Shown here in pieces: positions 1 to 8,600 of a DNA stretch of 64,000 nt (its first letter is position 1; every line of letters starts with the position of its first letter). The notes under the pieces are model-generated. The model did not search any database. It was given only the letters and a program-made list of their open reading frames with translations, and was not told the DNA's origin. The stretch is from Candidatus Nitrosocosmicus sp. (GTDB taxonomy: Archaea; Thermoproteota; Nitrososphaeria; Nitrososphaerales; Nitrososphaeraceae). The translations under genes were made by a program, and so were the position numbers. The DNA is taken from assembly GCA_031177355.1 (NCBI GenBank), contig JAPSGR010000002.1, positions 34,161 to 98,160 on the forward strand. Reading direction: 5' to 3'.

Positions 1-249
1 GGGTTCTGGGATATGTGTAACACCCTTTCTTGTATTTTCAATCACCTGTTGTGATTTATCGATTCCTATTACTTTTACGCCTGCCCTAAGCCATACAGAA
101 GCTATCGGGGCACCTACGTGACCCAGGCCATAAACTGAAACGAGATATTCACCAGATCTAAATTTATCAACAATACTTTCTACAGTTTCCCTGTTTGTAC
201 TGATTTGATTAGAATTATGAGGGACACTCTGAGTTCCTCCTGATTGCAC
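1..249 (-). CDS. Nucleotide-sugar dehydrogenase (UDP-glucose/UDP-ManNAc/GDP-mannose dehydrogenase family), 5' part only; runs off the window start
   Basis: Not in the ORF track. Manual minus-strand translation from GTG at 249 gives ...EYLVSVYGLGHVGAPIASVWLRAGVKVIGIDKSQQVIENTRKGVTHIPEP: Rossmann GLGxVG motif, G-x-D acidic residue and the family's PxxEP-like motif. Confidence 0.85.
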   Translation of the reverse strand, partial: MQSGGTQSVPHNSNQISTNRETVESIVDKFRSGEYLVSVYGLGHVGAPIASVWLRAGVKVIGIDKSQQVIENTRKGVTHIPEP

Positions 250-398
250 AGATTCAATATTTTGTTAACCTGTTATTATGTTTTTGATTAGATTAAAAAG
301 AGTAAGCAAATGTTTTAGATTGGCATATAATTAATTAGTATAGAATGATTTGAATTTCTAAAAGAATATTTACATAGACACTATTATAACTATATAGA

Positions 399-773
399 AT
401 GTTATTTCCTGGTTATGAGCTTAATATAGCCGGATCTGAATGGTTTATTATTATACTTGTCATAATAATATTTATTTTTCCGACCAAAATCGCAAGCATC
501 TCCAAAACTATTGGAAAATTTATTGGGGAATACGAAAAAGCAAAGACCAAGTTAAATAATCAAAAAGATATACTGACATCAGATCCATATGCCAAACCTG
601 TAAAGCATGAGTATATAGGTCCCAAAATTCAACGACCCATATCTTCAGAAAGGGAGAAGCTAGAATTAATTGCAAAATCTTTAAGCATAGAATCTGAGAA
701 TTTGCCAGATGAAGATTTGAGAGTTCAAATCTCGCTCAAATTAAGAGGAACTCATGCCAATGATGGCAAATAG
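399..773 (+). CDS. tatA: Twin-arginine translocase TatA/TatE-family subunit
   Basis: N-terminal 'GSEWFIIILVIIIFIFPTKI' TM helix followed by amphipathic 'KTIGKFIGEYEKAK', the typical TatA/B architecture. Confidence 0.8.
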   Translation: MLFPGYELNIAGSEWFIIILVIIIFIFPTKIASISKTIGKFIGEYEKAKTKLNNQKDILTSDPYAKPVKHEYIGPKIQRPISSEREKLELIAKSLSIESENLPDEDLRVQISLKLRGTHANDGK

Positions 774-807
774 TTGAGTTCGCAATTCTTTGTATTAATT
801 TATTATA

Positions 808-1428
808 CTAATTCTTTGTTGGCGGAGGTATTAATAACTCTGCTTCCAATAACTGTTGAATTAGTTGCACTACTTCTTGTTCTACTTGTTGTCGTGGCAG
901 GTTAAGCTTCTGTGAGAAATCATCGGCTAGCTGATTGATTGTTCTATCTCCACTACAACTCTCCCAAAACTGAATGATGTTCTCATTAACCATAAAGCCC
1001 TGTTCGCGTTCATTTACCAAGGCAAGTGAGCCGTCCTCTTGTTTTAAAACCTTTCCGCTTTTTTGCGGCATATACTTTTCATAATCGATTTGGAATCTTA
1101 AAGAAGGTTTTCCGAAGCCCAATTTGTCTCTAACCGTTGGATTCATTTTCTCAACTGACCATGGAGGATCCCAGACTATCTCTACATTAATTGTTCCTAC
1201 CCCTTCTATTGTATTAACATATTTTTTCACATCATTTACCAGAGTATCATGTAGTGGACAACCACGAGTTGTCATCGTCATTTTAATATCCACATTGTTT
1301 TTTTCCGACACATCAACGTTATATATTAATCCAAGATCAACAACATTTACCGGTATTTCTGGATCCATACATTTACGGAGCTCAGAAAAAACTCTCTCCC
1401 TTGTAATTTGGCTAGTATGCACTATCAT
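808..1428 (-). CDS. DUF59/MIP18 (SufT-like) Fe-S assembly domain fused to a C-terminal PqqD-like (RRE) domain
   Basis: N-half has DPEIPVNVVDLGLIY, MTTRGCP and WDPPW (DUF59 signature). C-half has 'FWESCSGDRTINQLADDFSQK...VEQEVVQLIQQLLEAELL', a PqqD-type winged-helix pattern. Confidence 0.8.
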   Translation of the reverse strand: MIVHTSQITRERVFSELRKCMDPEIPVNVVDLGLIYNVDVSEKNNVDIKMTMTTRGCPLHDTLVNDVKKYVNTIEGVGTINVEIVWDPPWSVEKMNPTVRDKLGFGKPSLRFQIDYEKYMPQKSGKVLKQEDGSLALVNEREQGFMVNENIIQFWESCSGDRTINQLADDFSQKLNLPRQQVEQEVVQLIQQLLEAELLIPPPTKN

Positions 1429-1446
1429 TGTGATTCAAATCGCTTC

Positions 1447-2544
1447 TTAAATTTTTTTCCCCGAATGATGAGTCGATACAGTTTGTTTTATCTCATTGTT
1501 AAACAAATTTGTTAAGTTCCGCTCGTAGGGAGCAGTTATTACGCCCTTTTCTGTTATTATACCAGCAATTAACTCAGGAGGAGTCAAATCGAAAGCTGGA
1601 TTAAAAATTCGAACACCAGTTGGTGCAATTCTTTTATCGCCTATCTTTATAACCTCTTCAACTGATCTCTCTTCAATAACAATGTCAGAAATATTGTTTT
1701 TAAGATCAAAAGTAGATAACGGGGCTGCAACATAGAAAGGTATTCCATGAGATTTTGAAAGTAATGCCACTTGGTAAGTACCTATTTTATTATATACATG
1801 ACCAGTTCTTAAAATACGGTCTGCTCCCACAATTACTTTATCGATCATCTTGTTTGCCATTAGGTGACCCACCGCAGTATCTGGAATTAAGCTAACATCG
1901 ATATCATCATGAACTAATTCAAATGCTGTTAATCTGGAACCTTGCATTACTGGCCGGGTTTCTGTCGCTATCACACTAATTTTTTTTCCTGATTCCTTTA
2001 CTGATCTGATCACCCCTAATGCAGTTCCATAAGAAACAGTAGCTAATGCGCCCGCGTTACAATGCGTCATTACCACGTCCCCATCATTTATCAAATATGA
2101 ACCAAATCTGCCAAGCTTTTTATTTGTAGCTATATCTTCTTCTGACATCTTTATTGCACACAACACAGTATTTCGTTTAATCTCTTCTATGGTATCGTAT
2201 TTTAGCGCTTCGTCAATTATCATATCTAATCCCCACTTTAAATTAATAGCAGTAGGTCTGGTTTCTAATAGGACCTGATACGCCGTCTTTAAATCATTCA
2301 TGAGTTTAGACTTTGTTGAACTTGAACTTTTGACAGCACAAAGTGCTAATCCCATTGCGGCGGCCACTCCTATTGCCGGAGCCCCTCGGATTGCTAATCT
2401 CTTTATCGCCTCTGCTACCTCTAAATATGTAGAACAAGTGATGACTTCAAGATCTTCAGGTAATTTAGTTTGATCGATAAGTTTAACGCAGTCATTCTCC
2501 CAAGAAATGGTTGTAAGGTAAGTTGAACTTCTTTTGTGCTTCAA
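1447..2544 (-). CDS. mtnA: S-methyl-5-thioribose-1-phosphate isomerase
   Basis: IRGAPAIG, TRPTAINL, THCNAGALAT, ETRPxxQGSRLTA, GADRI, NKIGTY and NPAFDxTP motifs. Confidence 0.95.
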   Translation of the reverse strand: MKHKRSSTYLTTISWENDCVKLIDQTKLPEDLEVITCSTYLEVAEAIKRLAIRGAPAIGVAAAMGLALCAVKSSSSTKSKLMNDLKTAYQVLLETRPTAINLKWGLDMIIDEALKYDTIEEIKRNTVLCAIKMSEEDIATNKKLGRFGSYLINDGDVVMTHCNAGALATVSYGTALGVIRSVKESGKKISVIATETRPVMQGSRLTAFELVHDDIDVSLIPDTAVGHLMANKMIDKVIVGADRILRTGHVYNKIGTYQVALLSKSHGIPFYVAAPLSTFDLKNNISDIVIEERSVEEVIKIGDKRIAPTGVRIFNPAFDLTPPELIAGIITEKGVITAPYERNLTNLFNNEIKQTVSTHHSGKKI

Positions 2545-2640
2545 GATAATGATTATACCAATAGCAGATCATTTATTATTTATTTCTACTAAATTAAAAT
2601 TTAACAAACATTTCTATAGGAAAATGCTCTAAACTGATTA

Positions 2641-3054
2641 ATGAATGAGAGAGATTTATCAAACACCATCCAACTTCCACAGCGCAAGTTAATTGTTTCA
2701 TCAAAGGATATTGATTTGTCTTCGCCCATGAGTTCGAAAAGCACCAACACCATCTTTGTTTTAATGATCAAGGAATCTAGTGGTTCTGCAGGTGGCAGAG
2801 GCGGAGGTTCTGGAATGCGAAAAATTGAAAGGATCATAGGTTTTGAAGTATTACCAAATAGTGAGAGATTAATCTATGAATCAAGCAGCGAAGTAGAAAT
2901 TGAAAGGTTTGAAATTCCATATAGTGCAGTTGCGATGGATATTGTTTTGAGAAGCGGTGAAAATTATGTAGTCCAGGGAGTTGTAGATCCGCAACTAATT
3001 AGCACTTATCTAGAAATAATTGAGAAAAGAAATAAAGACAGACTAGATATTTGA
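2641..3054 (+). CDS. Hypothetical protein (probably conserved in thaumarchaeotes); true start may be downstream
   Basis: 137-aa ORF with a Gly-rich linker and a globular-looking C-terminal half; occupies the gap between mtnA and the next gene. Confidence 0.6.
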   Translation: MNERDLSNTIQLPQRKLIVSSKDIDLSSPMSSKSTNTIFVLMIKESSGSAGGRGGGSGMRKIERIIGFEVLPNSERLIYESSSEVEIERFEIPYSAVAMDIVLRSGENYVVQGVVDPQLISTYLEIIEKRNKDRLDI

Positions 3055-3444
3055 ACTACTACGCACATGTCTAAAATAGAAATGCTCTTCTTTACAGTGT
3101 AGAGAACAGAATTCTGCTCTGCATTGTACATCCATAGTTCCCCTAAAATTACACTTAATCGGCTCAGTATTGTTAAATTCCTTATTACAAAATGTACAAA
3201 GGTTCTCTAGTCCTGGCAGTACCCTTCCCATGAATTCTATCCCGCAGTTCCTTTTCTCTTTAAACCATAGAATATGGTACCCGGTCTTTTCTGCAAACGT
3301 CATCACTCTATCGTAAGCCTCATAATACCCAGCAGCCAGAAATTGCCTATATGACAACTTGTTTTTAGATTTAGATTTAAAGAATGCGACTACCCAATAC
3401 TCCACGATTGGATCAATGTCTAGTTCCCCCTCGAATTCTACCAT
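3043..3444 (-). CDS. Hypothetical protein with C-terminal Cys/His zinc finger
   Basis: CTFC...C...C..FCSLHCKEEH...H pattern; lies 25 bp downstream of priS on the same strand. Confidence 0.7.
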   Translation of the reverse strand: MVEFEGELDIDPIVEYWVVAFFKSKSKNKLSYRQFLAAGYYEAYDRVMTFAEKTGYHILWFKEKRNCGIEFMGRVLPGLENLCTFCNKEFNNTEPIKCNFRGTMDVQCRAEFCSLHCKEEHFYFRHVRSSSNI

Positions 3445-3469
3445 AGTTTAATTCCGAAATGAGGCAGTA

Positions 3470-4702
3470 TCATTTTTGAATATATATATCTCCTATTCCT
3501 TTTGAGACCACATAGACTGCGACAAATTCAGGTAAACAATTTACCCCCATTTTAATTCTGTATGACATCCCTTTCATAATTAATTTCATTTCAATTTTTG
3601 AATTAATTTCGACCATGGAATCTTCATTGATACAGGCATCATTAAAGGGATTAAACGATTCTAAATCTAAGCAATGAAATTTAATTAACCCACTTTTGCT
3701 GTTTACTGTTCCGGCTAGTCGAAAAATCCTATGGATATCCATAGTAACGTTCGGATCAATCTTTACAGAAAGATTTTCAATCTCACTACTAATAACATTT
3801 AGAAGGCCGACTTTACTTGTTTCCTTTATGCTATTTATTTTTTTAATGAATTTTTCGTCTATTCGATGATTTTTTAATTGAAGATGAAGCTGCTTCATTA
3901 GTCGGGCTCTCCATCCGACGTTGTAGAGAATTTTATTGGAAAGTATAGTAACCTTATCGGATCCATTCAATCGAAATCCTAAATTATCGGTCAAATACCC
4001 TTTTCCAAGTAAATATTGTGTTAAGGCACTCCTTTTTATAGAAGTTGATTTAAAAAATTTGTCATCTTTCACATGTATATGAAACCCATTGTTTCCCGAA
4101 AAGTAGATATTAATGGAATTATTGTCAATGCCAAAATCATCACACAAAATCTCAATTAGTTTGCGGACTTCGAGTTTCAAATGCTTTATACATTTTTGAC
4201 AGGGTATCTCAATAATTTGAATCGAAGCTGATCTACACTCTATGCAGTTAAGGTGAACCTTACTGGTAATTAATTTGCACTTTTTGCAATAGGTGAGATT
4301 ATGGATTTGAGCACATTCAAGGTGTAGATCTTTTCCATCAATATCAAATATGAGGTCCGATCCAATCCAACCCTTTTGATCTATACTAGCAGACGGATTA
4401 TGATATCTGGATGAGGAACAAAAAATGTCTGATGGAGAGTGTTTAATAATATTGGCAACTAGTTCATTCTTATTATTAAAGTTCAGATGTCTACGTATAT
4501 GTCCGTCAAAGAGTCGGAATCCAAATTCACGCTGCGATACGAAATCATCTATTTCGATATTAGAGTTGCAATTAAAATAATGCTTTCTAAAAACCCGCTC
4601 AAGCCAAATCTTGTTAATGTCATCATGTACAGAAGAATGGTAGTTGATAGAATCATTGGATTGATTCTTTAATTCATCAAAAGGAGAAGAATGGGTGGTC
4701 AT
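3470..4702 (-). CDS. priS: DNA primase small (catalytic) subunit PriS
   Basis: REFG, DLIFDID (catalytic DxD), FSGNNGFHIH and IDxxVTxDIHRIFRL motifs. Start moved from 4771 to the ATG at 4702 to remove the overlap with priL. Confidence 0.93.
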   Translation of the reverse strand: MTTHSSPFDELKNQSNDSINYHSSVHDDINKIWLERVFRKHYFNCNSNIEIDDFVSQREFGFRLFDGHIRRHLNFNNKNELVANIIKHSPSDIFCSSSRYHNPSASIDQKGWIGSDLIFDIDGKDLHLECAQIHNLTYCKKCKLITSKVHLNCIECRSASIQIIEIPCQKCIKHLKLEVRKLIEILCDDFGIDNNSINIYFSGNNGFHIHVKDDKFFKSTSIKRSALTQYLLGKGYLTDNLGFRLNGSDKVTILSNKILYNVGWRARLMKQLHLQLKNHRIDEKFIKKINSIKETSKVGLLNVISSEIENLSVKIDPNVTMDIHRIFRLAGTVNSKSGLIKFHCLDLESFNPFNDACINEDSMVEINSKIEMKLIMKGMSYRIKMGVNCLPEFVAVYVVSKGIGDIYIQK

Positions 4703-4706
4703 ATTA

Positions 4707-5753
4707 CTAATTATTTTTTCGGGAAACCAGTTGAATAGGATTATTGATTCCTCTGCAAATTTTAGTCTCAAAACAAAGATTACTTAGTTTAATTTTCTCA
4801 CAAGAAGGAACATAATATTTTTTTGGATTTCCTCTTTTACCTGCAAGGTGTTCTAACTGATACCGGGTAATTTGTTCATTATAATCAGGTAATCGTTTAA
4901 AGAGCTCTAACATTTCTTCTATCGATTTGTTTGAATAAATTAAAAAAGTGCCCAACAAAACTCTGGCCGGATGAGGAAGGTTTTCTCCCTTGTCTATTTG
5001 GTCATATATATGTTGGATGCATGGGGGAGTGACAGCGTTATGTGGATTTATCCTTAACGGTGGATATAGTTTTTCCCAATTGACTCTCATTGAATGTGAA
5101 ATAGCACTGATGAGATAGGGGATCCTTTCTGGAGTCATTTTTTTGATCCTCTCGATAATTAATAGATTCAATTCATTTCTAAATAGTCTTACTATTTCAC
5201 TACCATCTAAATATACATAACCACTATTTACAGTCCTATTTACCAGATTCCACTCTCGTTCATGAAAAGCTATTGGATGGTCCAAATAATCATTAATCTT
5301 TATTTTATAAAAGTTATAGATGTTAACTTCAAGATCTATTTTAGTTTTAAATAAATCTTCAAATATTTTATACAAAATGAATTTAATAGTTTTATCATCT
5401 TGGTTAGAAATATCTAAATCCTCAATAAGATATTTTTCAAATCTCATTGACTCCATTAGGGCAAATTTCTTTGTAACAGCATCAATAGATATTGCTTTAA
5501 TTATTAACAAAGAAATTAAAAATATGATCACTTCCTCTTGTACTATTATTTCATGTGTTTTGTTATAATCAATTTGGTATTCTAATTTTCCGTTAAAGAC
5601 ATACTGCTCAATTTTTCTTTCAGCTTTTTTGACAAGGTGATGAAATTCTGAATTATCTAGATCTTCGAGTCTAAAGTCATATTTAGTCACATAAGATAAC
5701 GCCTCTCTAAGAAAGGGATATCTAGCGAGATCCTTATTGCCAAATCTTACCAA
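4707..5753 (-). CDS. priL: DNA primase large subunit PriL
   Basis: YPFL N-terminus, PPCI...GENLPHPAR, and Y..PSC..IK...LC Fe-S cysteines; directly upstream of priS. Confidence 0.92.
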   Translation of the reverse strand: MVRFGNKDLARYPFLREALSYVTKYDFRLEDLDNSEFHHLVKKAERKIEQYVFNGKLEYQIDYNKTHEIIVQEEVIIFLISLLIIKAISIDAVTKKFALMESMRFEKYLIEDLDISNQDDKTIKFILYKIFEDLFKTKIDLEVNIYNFYKIKINDYLDHPIAFHEREWNLVNRTVNSGYVYLDGSEIVRLFRNELNLLIIERIKKMTPERIPYLISAISHSMRVNWEKLYPPLRINPHNAVTPPCIQHIYDQIDKGENLPHPARVLLGTFLIYSNKSIEEMLELFKRLPDYNEQITRYQLEHLAGKRGNPKKYYVPSCEKIKLSNLCFETKICRGINNPIQLVSRKNN

Positions 5754-5845
5754 ATTACAGTTATATTCCTATAACATCAAAATTAAATAAAATTTTCTAT
5801 CAATTAAACAAATAAATTTAGTGCAAACTAACTGAAATTAGGTAT

Positions 5846-6004
5846 ATGGAAAAATTACAAATATCAACCTATTGTAAGAATTTAAAACATGTAGAATGTG
5901 ATGACTGTATGTGTAATTGTCATGTGCCTGGTACCATGGAGAATCTTGCAAGAAAGATTTCAATGTTAGATAAGACCAATCCAGGTATGGGAGAGAGTAT
6001 CTAA
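5846..6004 (+). CDS. Small (52 aa) Cys/His-rich putative metal-binding protein, not in the ORF track
   Basis: ATG 5846 to TAA 6004 encodes MEKLQISTYCKNLKHVECDDCMCNCHVPGTMENLARKISMLDKTNPGMGESI. It fills an otherwise empty gap, with an AT-rich TATA-like element about 25-35 bp upstream. Confidence 0.6.
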   Translation: MEKLQISTYCKNLKHVECDDCMCNCHVPGTMENLARKISMLDKTNPGMGESI

Positions 6005-6070
6005 CTTAAATTATCTGGCTCTGATTTATAATTTAATCAAAAGCCTTTATCACTCTCTACTTTAATTACC

Positions 6071-7171
6071 TTAATCATTGTTTTTAGATATCAATCGATC
6101 GCTATCTCTACTTGCATGCGGACTGGCATTTGATTCACTGGTTTCAGTGCCACTATTATCCACTGAATCGGTGGTAGACCAAAACTTTGGGTAAGTATTA
6201 GGCTTCATAACAATTCTTTTGATTTGACAGCATATCCCCTTCTTTTTGCTAAAGAATCCTTCAAAATCTAGCATCGATATGCCTAGACCAATTATTTCCC
6301 CTTTCAATGAATATATGCCAACCAAATCTCCTCTTTTGATATCTTTAGAGAGGGAAACAACACCCGGCATAGCCAACTGTGCGCCATGGCATAAAGCATC
6401 AATAGCAGTATCCCTGACAGTCACAGCAGGCAAATGAGTCATTGCGATTTCAATTGGATGAATAATACGTCGGAGTTTTTCCTCGTTGTTAGTTTCTTTA
6501 TACATCTGAAAGGCATCAACCAAATCATGAAGTCTCACAAAATCTGACTCGGTTGCAAAGTTGCAAACTCTTGTTCGACGTAACTCTATCATTGATGCAC
6601 CCACACCTAAAACCTCACCCACATCATATATCAATTTACGAATATAAGTTCCCGACTCACATAATATTCGTAAAAGCAACAATCGATCAAATTGATCATC
6701 TATTTCGAATTTATATATAGACCTCACACGAGTTTGACGCTTCACAGACGATCTTTGGGGCGGTTTTTGAAAAATTGGACCCGTAAATTCTTGAATTACC
6801 TCAGAAAGTTTATAGTTTGACACGTGACTGTGTAATCTCCCCAGAGCAATATACTCTTTAGGACCTAACAGCAAAACAGGAATTATTTTTGTTCCTTCTT
6901 CTAATCCTATAGGGAGCAACCCTGTTGTACCAGGATCGAGTGTTCCGCTGTGCCCTGCCTTCTCCAACTGCAAGATTTTTTTTACATAAGATACTATTTC
7001 ATGGCTTGTATTACCTGACGGTTTATCCAAAAGGATCAATCCGTAATTAAGTAGCTGTAAAATAGGTCTTTTATAGGGATAGTTACCATAAGATTCATCA
7101 GAAACACTATCGTTGATTGTAATTAAATTGTCTAGTTGTGTAAGTTTAAAATCTGTCATTCTTATTCGCAC
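6071..7171 (-). CDS. cbf5: H/ACA RNA-guided pseudouridine synthase Cbf5
   Basis: LDKPSG, GHSGTLDP (catalytic Asp), CESGTYIRKL, ELRRTR and a C-terminal PUA domain. Confidence 0.96.
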   Translation of the reverse strand: MRIRMTDFKLTQLDNLITINDSVSDESYGNYPYKRPILQLLNYGLILLDKPSGNTSHEIVSYVKKILQLEKAGHSGTLDPGTTGLLPIGLEEGTKIIPVLLLGPKEYIALGRLHSHVSNYKLSEVIQEFTGPIFQKPPQRSSVKRQTRVRSIYKFEIDDQFDRLLLLRILCESGTYIRKLIYDVGEVLGVGASMIELRRTRVCNFATESDFVRLHDLVDAFQMYKETNNEEKLRRIIHPIEIAMTHLPAVTVRDTAIDALCHGAQLAMPGVVSLSKDIKRGDLVGIYSLKGEIIGLGISMLDFEGFFSKKKGICCQIKRIVMKPNTYPKFWSTTDSVDNSGTETSESNASPHASRDSDRLISKNND

Positions 7172-7190
7172 TAATATTTTTTCATTTGAT

Positions 7191-7811
7191 TTATGTTTTT
7201 ATTACGTTTTCTACTATACTTTTAGATATCATAACTAATGACTCTAACGTTAATATATCCGTATTCATAGCAAAATCAAACACGTCTAAATTCTCCCCAA
7301 ATTCAAAATGATAAAGTTTTTTATATATCAACTTGTTTTCATAATCTCGTCTTTGAACTATCTTCCTTGCGGTATTGATATCTATATTATCACGCATAGA
7401 CATGCGCTTTGACCTATTATCCACTGATCCTTGTAGCCAAAAGTTAATAGTTGCATCAGCTATCCACGGTAGAGTGTAACTAGTAATAACAACATTACCT
7501 TCATTTAATAGTTTAATTAATCTATCATCTACTTCCCTATCGAAATTTGGATTATTATTCCGTTCGTTCATAAATCTTGTTGCCTCTTCAGTATCCCACC
7601 AGTCATGATGAAGTGAAGATGAATACCCTCGTTCATAGGCCATCATTTTTAATATATCCCCACCATTCCATAGTTTTAGATTAAAATGCCTAGCAAGATT
7701 CTCGGCGATGGTAGTCTTACCTACAGCTGGCCATCCAGAAATCACTATGCTTATCTTATTACCTACAGAGGGTTCATATTTATTAATATCATTGATTTGG
7801 TTTGAGTCCAT
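7191..7811 (-). CDS. cmk: Cytidylate kinase (archaeal type)
   Basis: ISGWPAVGKTT P-loop, DxxVD and RR motifs; conserved position between adk and cbf5. Confidence 0.88.
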   Translation of the reverse strand: MDSNQINDINKYEPSVGNKISIVISGWPAVGKTTIAENLARHFNLKLWNGGDILKMMAYERGYSSSLHHDWWDTEEATRFMNERNNNPNFDREVDDRLIKLLNEGNVVITSYTLPWIADATINFWLQGSVDNRSKRMSMRDNIDINTARKIVQRRDYENKLIYKKLYHFEFGENLDVFDFAMNTDILTLESLVMISKSIVENVIKT

Positions 7812-7884
7812 TTTTCACACTAAAACTAGATTTGGGTGAGTAGTGACATATGAATATATAAAGCTATCAATGAATTATACAATG

Positions 7885-8460
7885 TCATTTACCCAGAATG
7901 ATTTTACAAATAATTTCCGTAGCTTTTTCAATTTGATTTGTATTATTTTGTACCACATAAAAGGGGCACCCTGTAATAATTGAACTAGAAGATATCATAC
8001 TTTCTGATAACCGCAAGTCACTAGTAATACGATCCAAAGAAATCATATCCCTTTGTCTACTACTATCATTTTCTCTCCTTTTGTAAATTTCTTCGGCCGT
8101 GGCAGTTATTAACACTAGATGAGTAGGATTAATTATATTTAGTAGTTTCAAAGGCATACCCGGATAAAATCCATTATCCGTACTAATGAACAAATGTGTA
8201 TCAACTATGACTACATCGTTGCCTAAGGAATTTATCGAATTCGCTGCCATTTCCTGTAAAGTCCTCTGTTGTTCTATTGACAACCTACGAAGCTGGTCTC
8301 GATTGTGAATAGACATGATTCTCGCTTGGTCAAACATTATTTTTCCGAATTCTGCTATTTTTGTATCTATTCCTCTTTGGGACAAGAGATCACGTACATT
8401 TGTTATAACTGTAGATTTTCCGACCCCAGGAATTCCGACTATTATGACACGTTTTGTCAT
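7885..8460 (-). CDS. adkA: Adenylate kinase (archaeal AdkA)
   Basis: GIPGVGKST P-loop, RDQLRRL, VDTH and PG(M)P motifs; follows secY. Confidence 0.93.
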   Translation of the reverse strand: MTKRVIIVGIPGVGKSTVITNVRDLLSQRGIDTKIAEFGKIMFDQARIMSIHNRDQLRRLSIEQQRTLQEMAANSINSLGNDVVIVDTHLFISTDNGFYPGMPLKLLNIINPTHLVLITATAEEIYKRRENDSSRQRDMISLDRITSDLRLSESMISSSSIITGCPFYVVQNNTNQIEKATEIICKIILGK

Positions 8461-8600
8461 AAGAATCTGATTAAAAGAAGATTTTGGAATTTTTGAATTA
8501 GAAGAACTTTTGGAACTTGATTAAAGATATTCAACAATAATAAGTAATTAGCAGGGGTGGATGGGTAGGAACCAATTATCATTCCCAATATTGAGCCCTT

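Noticed and set aside
4703-4771. N-terminal extension of priS in the ORF track
   Set aside because: It overlaps the priL 3' end by 65 bp; the ATG at 4702 gives a normal operon junction.
8551-8600. GC-richer stretch between secY and adk that might be an H/ACA guide near cbf5
   Set aside because: Only a loose hairpin can be drawn, with no convincing K-turn or 3' ACA on either strand; more likely a terminator or UTR.
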